DNA of 64,000 bases from an uncultured delta proteobacterium (GCA_963843145.1 CAWJJC010000010.1:192001-256000); one strand, 5' to 3'. Numbered from the stretch's first letter, positions 1 through 9,233 are shown. A program made the numbers and translations. Notes: a model not told the origin generated them from the letters alone.

Positions 1-1518
1 ATCACGGCCTCTCCTCCGGATAACCGGGGATATATGAGCCTGGGCCTGGCTATCGATGTGGCCAGAATCCTCATCCGAAAAGCCGCAACCGTTGTGATGG
101 AAATCAATCCCAATATGCCCGTGACCTATGGGGATACCTCGATTCATGTCGACCAGGTGGATTATATCATCGAAAGCAGTGAACCCCTGCCGGAGAGAAG
201 GGGCAAGTCTGTTGACCCTGTTATCGACCGGATCGGTTGGAATATCTCCAACCTCATTCAAGATAATTCCACGGTCATCCTCCATGTGGGTTCCATCTTC
301 GACGCCGTGGCCCACTATCTAACGACCAAAAAAAATCTAGGTATCTTGACCAACGTGATCTCCGACTGGGTGATCGAGCTGATCGAATCGGGGGCCATCT
401 CCCTGGAACGGGAAAAGGCCTCGGGTGGGCAGGTTTCTACCAGCTACTGTTACGGCACCAGGGCCCTGTATGACTATGTTCACCAGAATCAGCTTTTTGG
501 CTTCTACCCCATTGCCAGGCTGGCAGACCCCTATAGGCTTCGAAAGATAGCCAACCTGATCAGTATTATGAACGTGGAAAAGATCGACATCACGGCGGGG
601 AAAGTAGTCTTCCATTCCGGCGACGACCTGCTTTCCGGCTATGAAAGCAAGTTCAATTTCGCTCTGGGTACGGCCTATTCCAGAAACGGCAAGGTCATCT
701 TTGCCCTGAGATCTACGGACCGGAACGGCCACAGCAATATCGTCGTTCTACACGAAAACATCGACGGCCGGGTCCGTTCAGCCTTTAGTATTATCCGCTA
801 TGTCATCACGGAGTACGGTGTGGCCAACCTGTTCGGTAAGTCCATCCGGGAGCGCGCCTTGGCCATGATCGAGATCGCTCATCCCGATCACCGGGAGGAA
901 CTTTTCCAGAAGGCTAAAGCGGCCGGTTTTCTGTATGGGGACCAGATCTATGAACCCGGATATTCGGTCAACTATCCCCTGGACATTGAAACGATGAAGA
1001 CCTTCAAAGAGGGTCTGGAGGTGAAGATTCGTCCCATTAAACCATCCGATGAGGACATGATGCGCCGGCACTTTTATACCTTTTCCGATGAGTCGAAATA
1101 CTTGCGTTATTTTACGAATATCCGAACGATGCCCCATGCGGACATGCAGAAGTACGTGAATATTGATTACAAAAAGATCATGTCCATTGTCGCCGTTTTA
1201 CAGAAAGGCAATTCCGAAAGAATCATCGCCGAAGGGCGATACGCAGAATATCCTCAGGAGAATACCCACGAACTGGCTTTTCTCGTCGATGAAGTTTTTC
1301 AGGGAAAGGGCATCGGCTCCTTTCTGGTGAATTATCTCATTAAGATCGCCAAGGAAAGAGGGTTGCCGAAGCTGAGCGCCAGCGTCCTGCTCAGGAACAC
1401 CAAAATGCTGGCCGTCTTCAAACGGGCCGATGTGACCCCCCGGATGAAATATGATGGGGAGGTGTGCGAACTGGAATTTATCCTGAATGAGTCGTCCAGC
1501 GCCCAATCTGCCAGTTGA
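1..1518 (+). CDS. Acetyl-CoA hydrolase/4-hydroxybutyrate CoA-transferase family domain fused to C-terminal GNAT acetyltransferase (5' end outside window)
   Basis: Frame open from base 1 (ITASPPDNRGYMSLG). Motifs YVITEYGVANLFGKSIRERALAMIEIAHPDHREEL (AcetylCoA_hyd_C), then IRPIKPSD...ELAFLVDEVFQGKGIGSFL (GNAT). Confidence 0.85.
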   Translation: MTASPPDNRGYMSLGLAIDVARILIRKAATVVMEINPNMPVTYGDTSIHVDQVDYIIESSEPLPERRGKSVDPVIDRIGWNISNLIQDNSTVILHVGSIFDAVAHYLTTKKNLGILTNVISDWVIELIESGAISLEREKASGGQVSTSYCYGTRALYDYVHQNQLFGFYPIARLADPYRLRKIANLISIMNVEKIDITAGKVVFHSGDDLLSGYESKFNFALGTAYSRNGKVIFALRSTDRNGHSNIVVLHENIDGRVRSAFSIIRYVITEYGVANLFGKSIRERALAMIEIAHPDHREELFQKAKAAGFLYGDQIYEPGYSVNYPLDIETMKTFKEGLEVKIRPIKPSDEDMMRRHFYTFSDESKYLRYFTNIRTMPHADMQKYVNIDYKKIMSIVAVLQKGNSERIIAEGRYAEYPQENTHELAFLVDEVFQGKGIGSFLVNYLIKIAKERGLPKLSASVLLRNTKMLAVFKRADVTPRMKYDGEVCELEFILNESSSAQSAS

Positions 1519-1766
1519 TGGTGGAGATGGTGACCCATTGCATCAAGGAGGCGGACCCAACAGAGAGAGATGGGGTCTCTACTTTTTATATTCGGCTACT
1601 CTCCCCCTCCTTTGAGCTTACCCGCGTTTGGGAAACTCTCCGGAGATGCCTGACCTCCACCTCCCGAAATATGCAATTTAGAACCACCTTACCGGGTCAG
1701 AGTTGGAAAAGGCGACATTTCCGTGGACATCGCCCGGGCCAGGGATTTGCGTTTGAAGGATCAAAG

Positions 1767-1920
1767 GTGAAAAAATACGTCATCGATACCAATGCCCTGA
1801 TTTCTTTTGTGACCGATCGGAACCTGGAACAACAGGTATCGTGAAATCGGTCCTGGAAAGTGGTTCACGGCTGAGAGGGGTGGTACTCTGCCACGCCCGC
1901 GTTCTTACCGAATTTGTAAA
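1767..1920 (+). pseudogene. PIN-domain toxin remnant
   Basis: GTG start, KKYVIDTNALISFVTDRN (PIN N-terminal VIDTN), stop at 1842-1844. Continues in another frame as VKSVLESGSRLRGVVLCHARVLTEFV, then breaks off. Confidence 0.6.
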
Positions 1921-1942
1921 TAAAAAAAGCCGGGTTGCCCGC

Positions 1943-2086
1943 CTATTCGTAAAGAGTTCCTCCCGCCTTTGAACCTATTAATCCCCGGTCTTTTTCTGCC
2001 AGTTGTTTCTCTTTCTTCTCAGGTTTCCTCCTCGCCTCCGAATTTTTGCCTACCTTCTTCTTCCAACTCCGAATTAATGCCCCCAT
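1943..2086 (-). CDS. Possible small basic hypothetical protein (47 aa)
   Basis: MGALIRSWKKKVGKNSEARRKPEKKEK...; Lys-rich ORF with weak RBS. Confidence 0.25.
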   Translation of the reverse strand: MGALIRSWKKKVGKNSEARRKPEKKEKQLAEKDRGLIGSKAGGTLYE

Positions 2087-2264
2087 CTGCTCACCATCCC
2101 TGGCTTTGGTCCAGACATTTCGGCCAGGCATATTTTGCCAAGTGAAAACCGGGAGGGCTAGTATTTGTTTCCCAATAGTCTGGGGGCTCTACGTGGGATC
2201 CAAAATCCCGTCTGGGAACTCTCGTTAAATCAGTCGCTTGGCCTCAAACCTGGAGGGGTTACAC

Positions 2265-2280
2265 TGGCATGTGGTTTGCA
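2265..2280 (+). promoter_or_regulatory. Sigma-54 (-24/-12) promoter
   Basis: TGGCATGTGGTTTGCA with exact GG-N10-GC spacing, ~80 bp upstream of ATG 2363. Confidence 0.7.
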
Positions 2281-2362
2281 ATTCTTAGCGTTCATCAAAC
2301 GTACGTCCGTTTTCCGACAATCAATTCCAGAAAATGGAGCAAATGCTAACCAGGAGGTGTGT

Positions 2363-2812
2363 ATGTCGATTTCCGGCATTTCCGCAAGTACCGATCCTTA
2401 CGAAGCCTACCAGGCCAATGGGCAAAATAACTTAACGCAATTCCGACAGGATTTTCAGGACCTCGCCAGCGCCTTGCAGTCCGGCGATCTGTCGGGAGCC
2501 CAAAAGGTCTTTACCACTCTACAGCAACTGCTGCCTAACCCCTCGGCCGGCAATCAGACCTCAACCGGGCAGCAAGGAAACGGCCAAAACCCATTCGCCG
2601 CTGATTTCAGTGCGCTTGATCAAGCCCTCAAGTCAGGCAATCTTAAGAATGCCCAGGATGCTTTTGCCAAACTGCAACAGGATATGCAGTCTGTTAAAGG
2701 ACATCATCATCACCACCACCATAAGGCGTCTGGAAGCACTCAAAGTGTTGCCCCCACAACCGCCGGGGTCAACGATGGCACCAGTAGCAGCGGTATCAAC
2801 CTTACCGTTTGA
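2363..2812 (+). CDS. Hypothetical protein with duplicated helical repeat and His7 tract
   Basis: RBS AGGAGG at ~2352. Begins MSISGIS; two DFxxLxxALxSGxLxxAQxxFxxLQQ repeats; HHHHHHH near the C-terminus. Confidence 0.8.
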   Translation: MSISGISASTDPYEAYQANGQNNLTQFRQDFQDLASALQSGDLSGAQKVFTTLQQLLPNPSAGNQTSTGQQGNGQNPFAADFSALDQALKSGNLKNAQDAFAKLQQDMQSVKGHHHHHHHKASGSTQSVAPTTAGVNDGTSSSGINLTV

Positions 2813-3040
2813 ACCCTAGTCCCGCTGGGGTCGAAAACGACTACGGACGTACGTTTGATAATGGATGATTTCTTTCGGATTCGAGAAGGCATTTAATCCA
2901 AAAACAGGCAGACTATCGACGGGCCAGGGGTGCGTGTTTGAGGGGTTGTAGGTATACGTTGAGATAACTGGAAAATATCCGGCCAGCATTAACTTGAGAT
3001 GAAGGGCCGGTCGGTGCGATTACCACAAGGAACGGGCTGC

Positions 3041-3078
3041 AAAAGCGGGAGAAACCTCCTTAGGCCCTCCCGCCTTTT
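3041..3078. terminator. Bidirectional intrinsic terminator-like hairpin
   Basis: AAAAGCGGGAG...CTCCCGCCTTTT between convergent genes. Confidence 0.55.
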
Positions 3079-3107
3079 ATTTTTATACCCTTATTAAGTT
3101 ACGATAT

Positions 3108-3227
3108 TTAAGCCCGCCCCGCTGGCGGTGCTTTGCGATTGCCCACTGCTTCCATATCGGTAGCTTGAACGGCTTCGACCAGCCCGCTCAACTTCATCTT
3201 CACTTCGGATAGGGACAGGGTTTTCAT
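3108..3227 (-). pseudogene. Truncated Phd/YefM antitoxin
   Basis: MKTLSLSEVKMKLSGLVEAVQATD is a typical Phd N-terminus, with RBS; only 39 aa and no toxin partner. Confidence 0.55.
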
Positions 3228-3255
3228 TAAAATGACCTCTTTTATGGTTGACCTG

Positions 3256-3864
3256 CTATTGTTTTTTAAAAATCGCTTCCAGTACGTGGTCGCCGGTAAC
3301 TTCCTTGAAGGTGTAGGTGTTAACGGCGCCCTGCGAAACCTTGTCCACCAAAACCTCGGCAACCCGGTAGCCGGGCAGGGGGATAATCTGGAACCTCCGC
3401 TTTTCCCCGTAACCTGCTTTTACATTACCGTAAGGATGGATGACCCCGTTCATCGGGGGGCGGACTTGAATCGTATACGTTCTCAGGGAGAAGGTGGCGG
3501 TGACGGTCCGTTCGGTTGACAGGATGACCGTACAGGTGCGGGAGAATCCTGTGCAGTTTCCGCTCCAGCCCTCGAATACGGAATTCGGGGCGGGAAGCGC
3601 TAACAGGGTCACCATCGTCCCTCTCTTAAAGAAGGGCCCGGCGGGACTGGTTGTCACCTTCCCCCGTCCGTTCCCGGTTCGGAGGATCGTCAGGGCACCC
3701 ACCGGTATAGCCGGTGGCTGATCCGTGTCGGACGGAAGGTCCGGCCGGGTATCCTGTGCCGCTCTGGGGGTTCCCTGACCGAAAACCAGTTCACCAAAAC
3801 AGAACAGGAAGACTGTCAGGCCGAGTACGGGGATCGCCCACTTCAGCCCGTTGCGCCGTTTCAT
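3256..3864 (-). CDS. Exported protein with divergent InlB B-repeat-like domains
   Basis: N-terminal hydrophobic signal; GxGxVT...GTMVTLLALPAPNSVFEGWSGNC...CTV...VTATF; second repeat PLPGYRVAEVLVD...YTFKEVTGDHVLEAIF. Confidence 0.75.
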   Translation of the reverse strand: MKRRNGLKWAIPVLGLTVFLFCFGELVFGQGTPRAAQDTRPDLPSDTDQPPAIPVGALTILRTGNGRGKVTTSPAGPFFKRGTMVTLLALPAPNSVFEGWSGNCTGFSRTCTVILSTERTVTATFSLRTYTIQVRPPMNGVIHPYGNVKAGYGEKRRFQIIPLPGYRVAEVLVDKVSQGAVNTYTFKEVTGDHVLEAIFKKQ

Positions 3865-3877
3865 ACCCTTGCTCCTT

Positions 3878-4882
3878 TTATTTGCGAATGGTTATCGGTT
3901 TTCGGTTCTCCAGCCGCTCCAGGGCGGTTTTGACGCTGGTCCGCATCCGCTCGATCGACTGTCCCAAACGGGCGACCTCTCCTTCCCCCTCTACGTCGAC
4001 GGCCGCTTCCAGGTCCCCCATGCTGATCCGGTCGGCCGCTTCCGTCAGGCGGCGGATCGGCCGGACCAGGGAAGACGAAAAGGCGTAGATAACCGCCAGC
4101 AGTACGGCCAGGTCGATCAGGACAATGGCCAAGAAAAGCAGAAACCGGTTTCTGTACCTCTCCGAATAGGAGGCTTGCATTCGGTCCACCTTGGCCTGGA
4201 TGGCGGCTGCCGGTTTACCGAATTCGTCTATATAAGTCGTGGCGGCCACGATCAGGTCCGTGCCCTCCACCGGGGCGCTGAACATGTACTTGGGCCGCAC
4301 CTTGCCATCGATGTCCGTCCATCGGTAATAGCCGCCCGAGGCCCCTTTCAGTCCGGCATCCATGACCTTGACGAATTCCGGCAGTTTATCGCCCAGCCGA
4401 TGCAGGTCGGTCCCCACGATCTTTGGGTTAACGTGAAAATAGTTGATCCCTTTATTGTTGTGAACCGCCGTATAGCCGGTTTCCCCGACCCGCTGGATGG
4501 CGATCTCCTGGAGCCGCGGCTGGTTGGCCAGGGCCGCCTCCGACAGGCCCGGATGTGCTTCCAGGTAGATTTCAATCTGCCGGGCCACTCCCTCGGCTTT
4601 TTCCTGAATGATCTTCTCTCCCAGTTTGTTGAGGGAAGCGACGGATTCTTTGACGCTGGCGGCGCCCAGCTCCTTCAGGCTGTCGGACCCGAGGGCCCGG
4701 ATACTGACCAACGGGCCCACATTGACGAAAAGCAGGCCGGCGATGACCAGGAAGGCGATCAGAATGGGAACGAAGATCCCCAGCAGCAACGTTTTCTTTA
4801 AGCCCAGCCGGTTCCTTCGCTGCCTGAAGGGTCCCGATTTCAGGTCTGGAAAGCCTTCCTCGCGCTTCGATATTTCCGTCAT
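3878..4882 (-). CDS. Two-TM Cache-HAMP sensor protein lacking an output domain
   Basis: TM1; periplasmic Cache-like region (VGETGYTAV, HVNPKIVG, GYYRW, DLIVAATTYIDEF); TM2; HAMP (RPIRRLTEAADRISMGDL...EVARLGQSIERMR); stop follows soon after. Confidence 0.8.
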   Translation of the reverse strand: MTEISKREEGFPDLKSGPFRQRRNRLGLKKTLLLGIFVPILIAFLVIAGLLFVNVGPLVSIRALGSDSLKELGAASVKESVASLNKLGEKIIQEKAEGVARQIEIYLEAHPGLSEAALANQPRLQEIAIQRVGETGYTAVHNNKGINYFHVNPKIVGTDLHRLGDKLPEFVKVMDAGLKGASGGYYRWTDIDGKVRPKYMFSAPVEGTDLIVAATTYIDEFGKPAAAIQAKVDRMQASYSERYRNRFLLFLAIVLIDLAVLLAVIYAFSSSLVRPIRRLTEAADRISMGDLEAAVDVEGEGEVARLGQSIERMRTSVKTALERLENRKPITIRK

Positions 4883-4907
4883 GATCGATCCTCCTGATTT
4901 CGAGTGC

Positions 4908-5717
4908 TTACGTGGTTTCGAAGGAAGAAAGCCAGGCGACATACATGGCCTTGCCGAACTTTTCTCGTTTCGGTTCCTCCGTGATCTGGTCACAGACCGT
5001 CGAGATGAAACTTTTCACCCGGTCCTTCGGGAAAGCCTCCCGGGATTCCTCAAAGGCATCCAGGGTATCATTCAGGATAATCCGGGCGATCGGCCCCACC
5101 ACCTTCTTGAGTTCCGTCTCCGCGGCATCGAAAAAGGCCTCGTCAACCGTGGTCCGCAGCCCCGCTTCGGGAATATCGGCGGCCTCCGTTTTTTCGACCA
5201 GCCCTCTTTCAACCAGAACATTGAGAACGCCCGAAATATCAAAAAGGGTCCGCCCGAGCCGGCCGGCCATTTCGGAGACATTCCGCCTCCCGTTGCACAG
5301 GGCGAGTACGCCCCATTGTCCGGCCGGGATCATCCGGTCTTCTCCGTTGCTATCCACCACCAGGGAGAAGACGGCTTCGGCGGAGGGCACCGCTTGCCTG
5401 ATCCTCTTCCACTCCTCCTCCCGTTGGGACCAATTCGCCATGACCTGTTCCGTGGGCAGACGCACCGTGCGTTCATCCGAGGACGTCTGCCAATTGAAGG
5501 TGACCCGGCCGTTGGACAGGTCCATAATGGGCAGGAGCGCCTCTTCTCCGTTCAGGGTGCCGGTCCTGGCGTGGACGATCTGGCCCCCCTCAATATATAA
5601 CTCCGCGCCCTCTTTACCCTTGACCGCCATCAGCCCGGATTTCTTCCCGTCCACCAGGGATTTTACCAGGTCGAATAATCTGGTCTCTGAAAGATCTCCG
5701 ATCAAATCCTTGAACAC
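4908..5717 (-). CDS. DUF4388 (PatA-N-like) domain protein
   Basis: GDLSETRLFDLVKSLVDGKKSGLM...LYIEGGQIVHA...GEEAL; central winged-HTH-like segment; C-terminal VGPIARIIL domain. Confidence 0.8.
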   Translation of the reverse strand: MFKDLIGDLSETRLFDLVKSLVDGKKSGLMAVKGKEGAELYIEGGQIVHARTGTLNGEEALLPIMDLSNGRVTFNWQTSSDERTVRLPTEQVMANWSQREEEWKRIRQAVPSAEAVFSLVVDSNGEDRMIPAGQWGVLALCNGRRNVSEMAGRLGRTLFDISGVLNVLVERGLVEKTEAADIPEAGLRTTVDEAFFDAAETELKKVVGPIARIILNDTLDAFEESREAFPKDRVKSFISTVCDQITEEPKREKFGKAMYVAWLSSFETT

Positions 5718-5892
5718 CGGCCGCCTCCTTTGCCGCTGCGAACCCGGGCCTGGTCGGCAGGAACGCCGACCCGGCGAAAGACTCCGTATTCGTTTTTATA
5801 ATCGTATCAACTTAGGTAGGAATTTCAGAATAGGGTACCCGCTTATCACGGGGATTGTATAGGTATATAGAAAGGTTCTGTAGGAAGTCAAG

Positions 5893-6196
5893 GGGAAAAG
5901 ACCAGATGGAAGAGAGAAGAGGGAAGATGGAAGAAATTGGGGGAAGCCGGAGGGGGGAGATAAGTCGTCAGGCGCAAGAGGGGCTCGTGGGTCTGAAAGT
6001 AAGGAGTGAGGAGCGAGGGCGCGAGGGGCGGCGAAAAAAACCAGATGGGAGCGGGAAGATGGGAGATGGAAGAGATGGGGAAAGAGGAGGAACCGACTGG
6101 AACGTAAGTCGTCAAGCGTGAAAGCGGCTCATAGGTTTTAGCGAGTGGCTCTGAAAACCGTAAGGAGTAAGGCGCGAGGGGGCAAGGGGGGAAAAA
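5893..6196 (+). repeat. Purine-rich imperfect tandem duplication (~2 x 145 bp)
   Basis: AAAA(G)ACCAGATGG...GATGGAAGA...TAAGTCGTCA...CTGAAA...GTAAGGAGT.AGG...GCGAGGG occurs twice. Confidence 0.55.
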
Positions 6197-6233
6197 TCAC
6201 TAATGGATCAAGGCGGAATTATTAATGGTCTCA

Positions 6234-6527
6234 AAATAATATTGATAGGATTCCGTAACGCCGCCCAGTCACAACCAGAGACAAGAGACGATCTCTCACA
6301 GAGCACACAGAGATCGCAGAGAATGGTTAATTTCTGATTGCCGCTGAGAGGCCGGCAATCAGAAAAAATCTCACGCTCCGCGAATAAGACCCCGCCGGAG
6401 GCGTGAGCTGTTTTGAAAAATCGGCGTCTCCGCGATTTTTCAAAAAATAGATTCGTCTTTCTCTGTGCCCTCGGCGAACTCGAGCGAAGCGGGCGAGAGA
6501 TAAAAAGAACACTTGGTGTAAATACAA
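6234..6527. repeat. ~290 bp structured intergenic repeat, copy 1
   Basis: Aligns end to end with 23583-23875; internal hairpins GATTGCCG/CGGCAATC and TTTGAAAAATCG/CGATTTTTCAAA. Confidence 0.85.
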
Positions 6528-6606
6528 TTATGAAACTGTTAATAGGTCGAAAGGGGGACCAGACCGGCAACCGGCGCAAACCCGCCGATTGGAATCCTGA
6601 GGGGGA

Positions 6607-7737
6607 TTACTTTTCGGCAGGCCGTTCTTGGTTTTTCGCTTTTTTCTCCTCCAGGTTCCTTTGATGCAGGTCTCGGAAAGTTGCGGCGGGCTTAACCCCG
6701 ATCCGGTCCTCTCTCCCCTTCAAGACCACGGCCTCAGTGGGGCAGACCGTGGCGCAGACACCACAGCCGATGCACCACTCCTGATCGATGACCGGTACGT
6801 CGTCTTCCATTTGCACGGCCTGGACCGGACAAATCGTGGCACACGCTCCACAACCCGAACATTTGTGGGGATCGGTTTCTCTCATGAAGTACGTCGCCAT
6901 GATAGCATCCCGTGGAATTTTTCTCCTCCGGATGTTGCCCACATTCCAGCAGGCACAGCCACAGCAGTTGCAGTTGTGTTTGATTTCGCCCTCCGCGTTG
7001 TCCACGAAGTGAACCAATCCGGCCTCTTCGGTGACCCGGATCAGGTCGAGGGCCTCTTCCCTGGTAAGCTCACGGGCCAGGCCTCTATCGATGACGAAGT
7101 CGGCCAATTCATCAAATTTCAAGCAGACTTCGGTGGGGTGCTCACAGCCTCTGCCGAGCAGTCGGTACGAGACGCGGCAGGGACAGTGCGCTACGGCGAT
7201 ACGCCTGGCCTGGGCAATGACCTGCTCCATCAGTTGAACCGGGAAGACCGCCTGTAAATCAGGCTGGATCGCTTTTCCTACCGGGATGTAGCGGTACTGC
7301 TTGGTATGGCTGCCATAGGCCTGCGCGGTAACCTCCCGGTTAAAGTACTTGGCCACCAAGAGGGCCATCTTGCGGGCGTGCGGCGTGTCTTCGCCCTTCC
7401 AGAAAAAAGTCTGCGGGAACCCGAATCCCACCTGCAACAGGGCGTACCCCTTTTCACCGGTCGAGGTTGGGCCCGCATAGAGGAGCCCTTTTTCGACGAG
7501 ACGGTCTAAAGCCGCTTCCAATTCCTCCGGGGACATCGCCGCCCGGGTCCCTATCTCGGAGACAGGGACCGTAGAAAAAGGGATCACACCCGTAGGCAGC
7601 GCCAAAGCGATTTCCGCCTCGGAGGGGTTGAGATTTTCTCTTAAGATTTCCAGCAGGGTTTCCCGGGTGGGGTAACCCATGCCGACCTGGCGCAAGTGAT
7701 CGGCTAACCTTTGATAAACATCCTGTTCTTCCATCAC
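6607..7737 (-). CDS. 4Fe-4S dicluster ferredoxin-type protein with N-terminal HTH-like region
   Basis: CPCR...C...C, CNCCGCAC, and two CxxCxxCxxxCP motifs. Confidence 0.85.
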   Translation of the reverse strand: MMEEQDVYQRLADHLRQVGMGYPTRETLLEILRENLNPSEAEIALALPTGVIPFSTVPVSEIGTRAAMSPEELEAALDRLVEKGLLYAGPTSTGEKGYALLQVGFGFPQTFFWKGEDTPHARKMALLVAKYFNREVTAQAYGSHTKQYRYIPVGKAIQPDLQAVFPVQLMEQVIAQARRIAVAHCPCRVSYRLLGRGCEHPTEVCLKFDELADFVIDRGLARELTREEALDLIRVTEEAGLVHFVDNAEGEIKHNCNCCGCACWNVGNIRRRKIPRDAIMATYFMRETDPHKCSGCGACATICPVQAVQMEDDVPVIDQEWCIGCGVCATVCPTEAVVLKGREDRIGVKPAATFRDLHQRNLEEKKAKNQERPAEK

Positions 7738-8036
7738 GTTTTCTCCTTGGAGATGATTTCCTCTTTCTTGGAGCGAGGCAGCGCTTTTATTCGTGCTTCT
7801 CGAATGAGGGCTTCGGAATGCGTCAGACTTTCCTGTTGATACAACAGTTTGACGGGCAGGCGGGTTCGGGTGTAGGTTGCCCCCCTACCCTCACTATGTT
7901 GCTTGACCCGGGCCCGGACATCTTTGGCGATCCCCGTATAGAGAGACCCATCCCCGCAGCGGAGAATATAAACGGTCCACTCCTTTCCCCCCTTGGTCTT
8001 CATCCCCTGGATCATTCTTAAGTATTTGGTCTCCAT
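7734..8036 (-). CDS. GIY-YIG nuclease (UPF0213/YhbQ family)
   Basis: WTVYILRCGDGSLYTGIAKD...R...H..G.GA.YT..R.P..L.Y.E...A...E..IK. Confidence 0.9.
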   Translation of the reverse strand: METKYLRMIQGMKTKGGKEWTVYILRCGDGSLYTGIAKDVRARVKQHSEGRGATYTRTRLPVKLLYQQESLTHSEALIREARIKALPRSKKEEIISKEKT

Positions 8037-8101
8037 CTCAGAATTGGTTCATCCCTCGGGCCTCCTGGCTAATGGTCCGGATCCACAGGAGCTCCGTTTT
8101 T

Positions 8102-8423
8102 ATCTATTGACGCTTCGCCCTTTTGGGTGGGTACCCCCCCAGATCTGGTATGGCCGATGGGTCTCGGCGAAAGGGCTTTCCAAAGGTACTCCGGACTTCG
8201 AACCCGGGCCTAAATTACCAATTTTATTTGAAGCAGGCCCAAACTCAAAGGCTTTTGATGCTTCTTCGGCCGGCCCTGCCTCCGTGTAGATTTAGAAACA
8301 TGGGGGCCGGGTTAGAACCTATAAAGCAAGGTGGAAAACCCTTTCGCCGAGACCCATCGGCCACGAAGGCCTGATTTCAATCTAATCTACCAAATATTGT
8401 GGCCACCCACCCAAAAGGGCGAA
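8102..8423. repeat. ~100 bp repeat with a partial inverted copy forming a long imperfect inverted repeat
   Basis: Parts of 8102-8202 pair with 8333-8363 and 8405-8423; full inverted copy at 21581-21680. Confidence 0.75.
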
Positions 8424-8678
8424 CAACCTATTTATTCAGGCATACCAATAATTAGGGCCGTCTGTCAAACAAAGAAAACCGGAACCGTAGGCCTTATCAG
8501 TAAAAAATTCGAACACGATTATTGTCCTTAACATTTTAACCCTCAATAACTTATAATCGGGTTGGCTTTTTGTCGAAACCACAAATTGATCTATTAACGG
8601 GACGTTTCAGGCAGGGTGGGTCCCTGGAGGCCTTCTCCCGGATGAGGAAGAGGATTCTAACTAAGCGGAGGTTCCCTG

Positions 8679-9233
8679 ATGTTTTTAATCACTATTCTGG
8701 TACTGATCGTTGTCCTGGGTTTCCTGGTGATCGGCCCCTACAACGCCCTGGTCCGGGGAAGGAACGAGGTCAAAAACGCCTGGAGTTCGATCGACGTCCA
8801 GCTCAAGCGGCGCTATGATCTGATTCCCAATTTAATAGAAACGGTTAAGGGATATGCGGGCCACGAAAAAAAGACCCTGGAGGCGGTGGTCCAGGCCCGG
8901 CAGCAGGCCGTTAACTTTAGCGGGGGAGTGGAGGAACGGGCCCAGGTCGAAAATGTCCTGACCTCGGCCCTGCGTTCGCTCCTGGCCGTAGCCGAGGCCT
9001 ACCCGGACCTCAAGGCCAATCAAAACTTTCTGGCCCTGCAGGAGGAACTTTCCAACACCGAGAACAAAATCGGCTTCTCGCGACAGTACTATAACGATGC
9101 CGCCATGCGCTACAGGAACCGGGTGGAGATGTTCCCCAGCAATATCGTTGCCAATATTTTTGGTTTTCAGGCCGAGCCATTTTTTCAAGTGGAAGCCACC
9201 GCGGAACGCGTGGCTCCTCAAGTGAAATTTTAG
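8679..9233 (+). CDS. lemA: LemA family protein
   Basis: N-terminal TM; YNALV..RNEVKNAWSSIDVQLKRRYDLIPNL.ETVKGYA.HE; EAYPDLKANQNFL.LQEEL..TENKI...RQYYN; FPSNIVA. Confidence 0.95.
   Translation: MFLITILVLIVVLGFLVIGPYNALVRGRNEVKNAWSSIDVQLKRRYDLIPNLIETVKGYAGHEKKTLEAVVQARQQAVNFSGGVEERAQVENVLTSALRSLLAVAEAYPDLKANQNFLALQEELSNTENKIGFSRQYYNDAAMRYRNRVEMFPSNIVANIFGFQAEPFFQVEATAERVAPQVKF

Noticed and set aside
1515-1844. 109-aa ORF as a real gene
   Set aside because: Only the last ~25 codons (PIN N-terminus) look protein-like; the rest appears to be a chance open frame.
6208-6664. ORFs 6208-6579, 6327-6527, 6413-6664 and the similar 23604-23804
   Set aside because: Their similarity comes from the non-coding 290 bp repeat; starts, stops and lengths differ between copies.
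8330-8430. c-di-GMP-I riboswitch
   Set aside because: Only superficial resemblance; the GNRA loop/receptor core is missing, and the inverted repeat explains the sequence.
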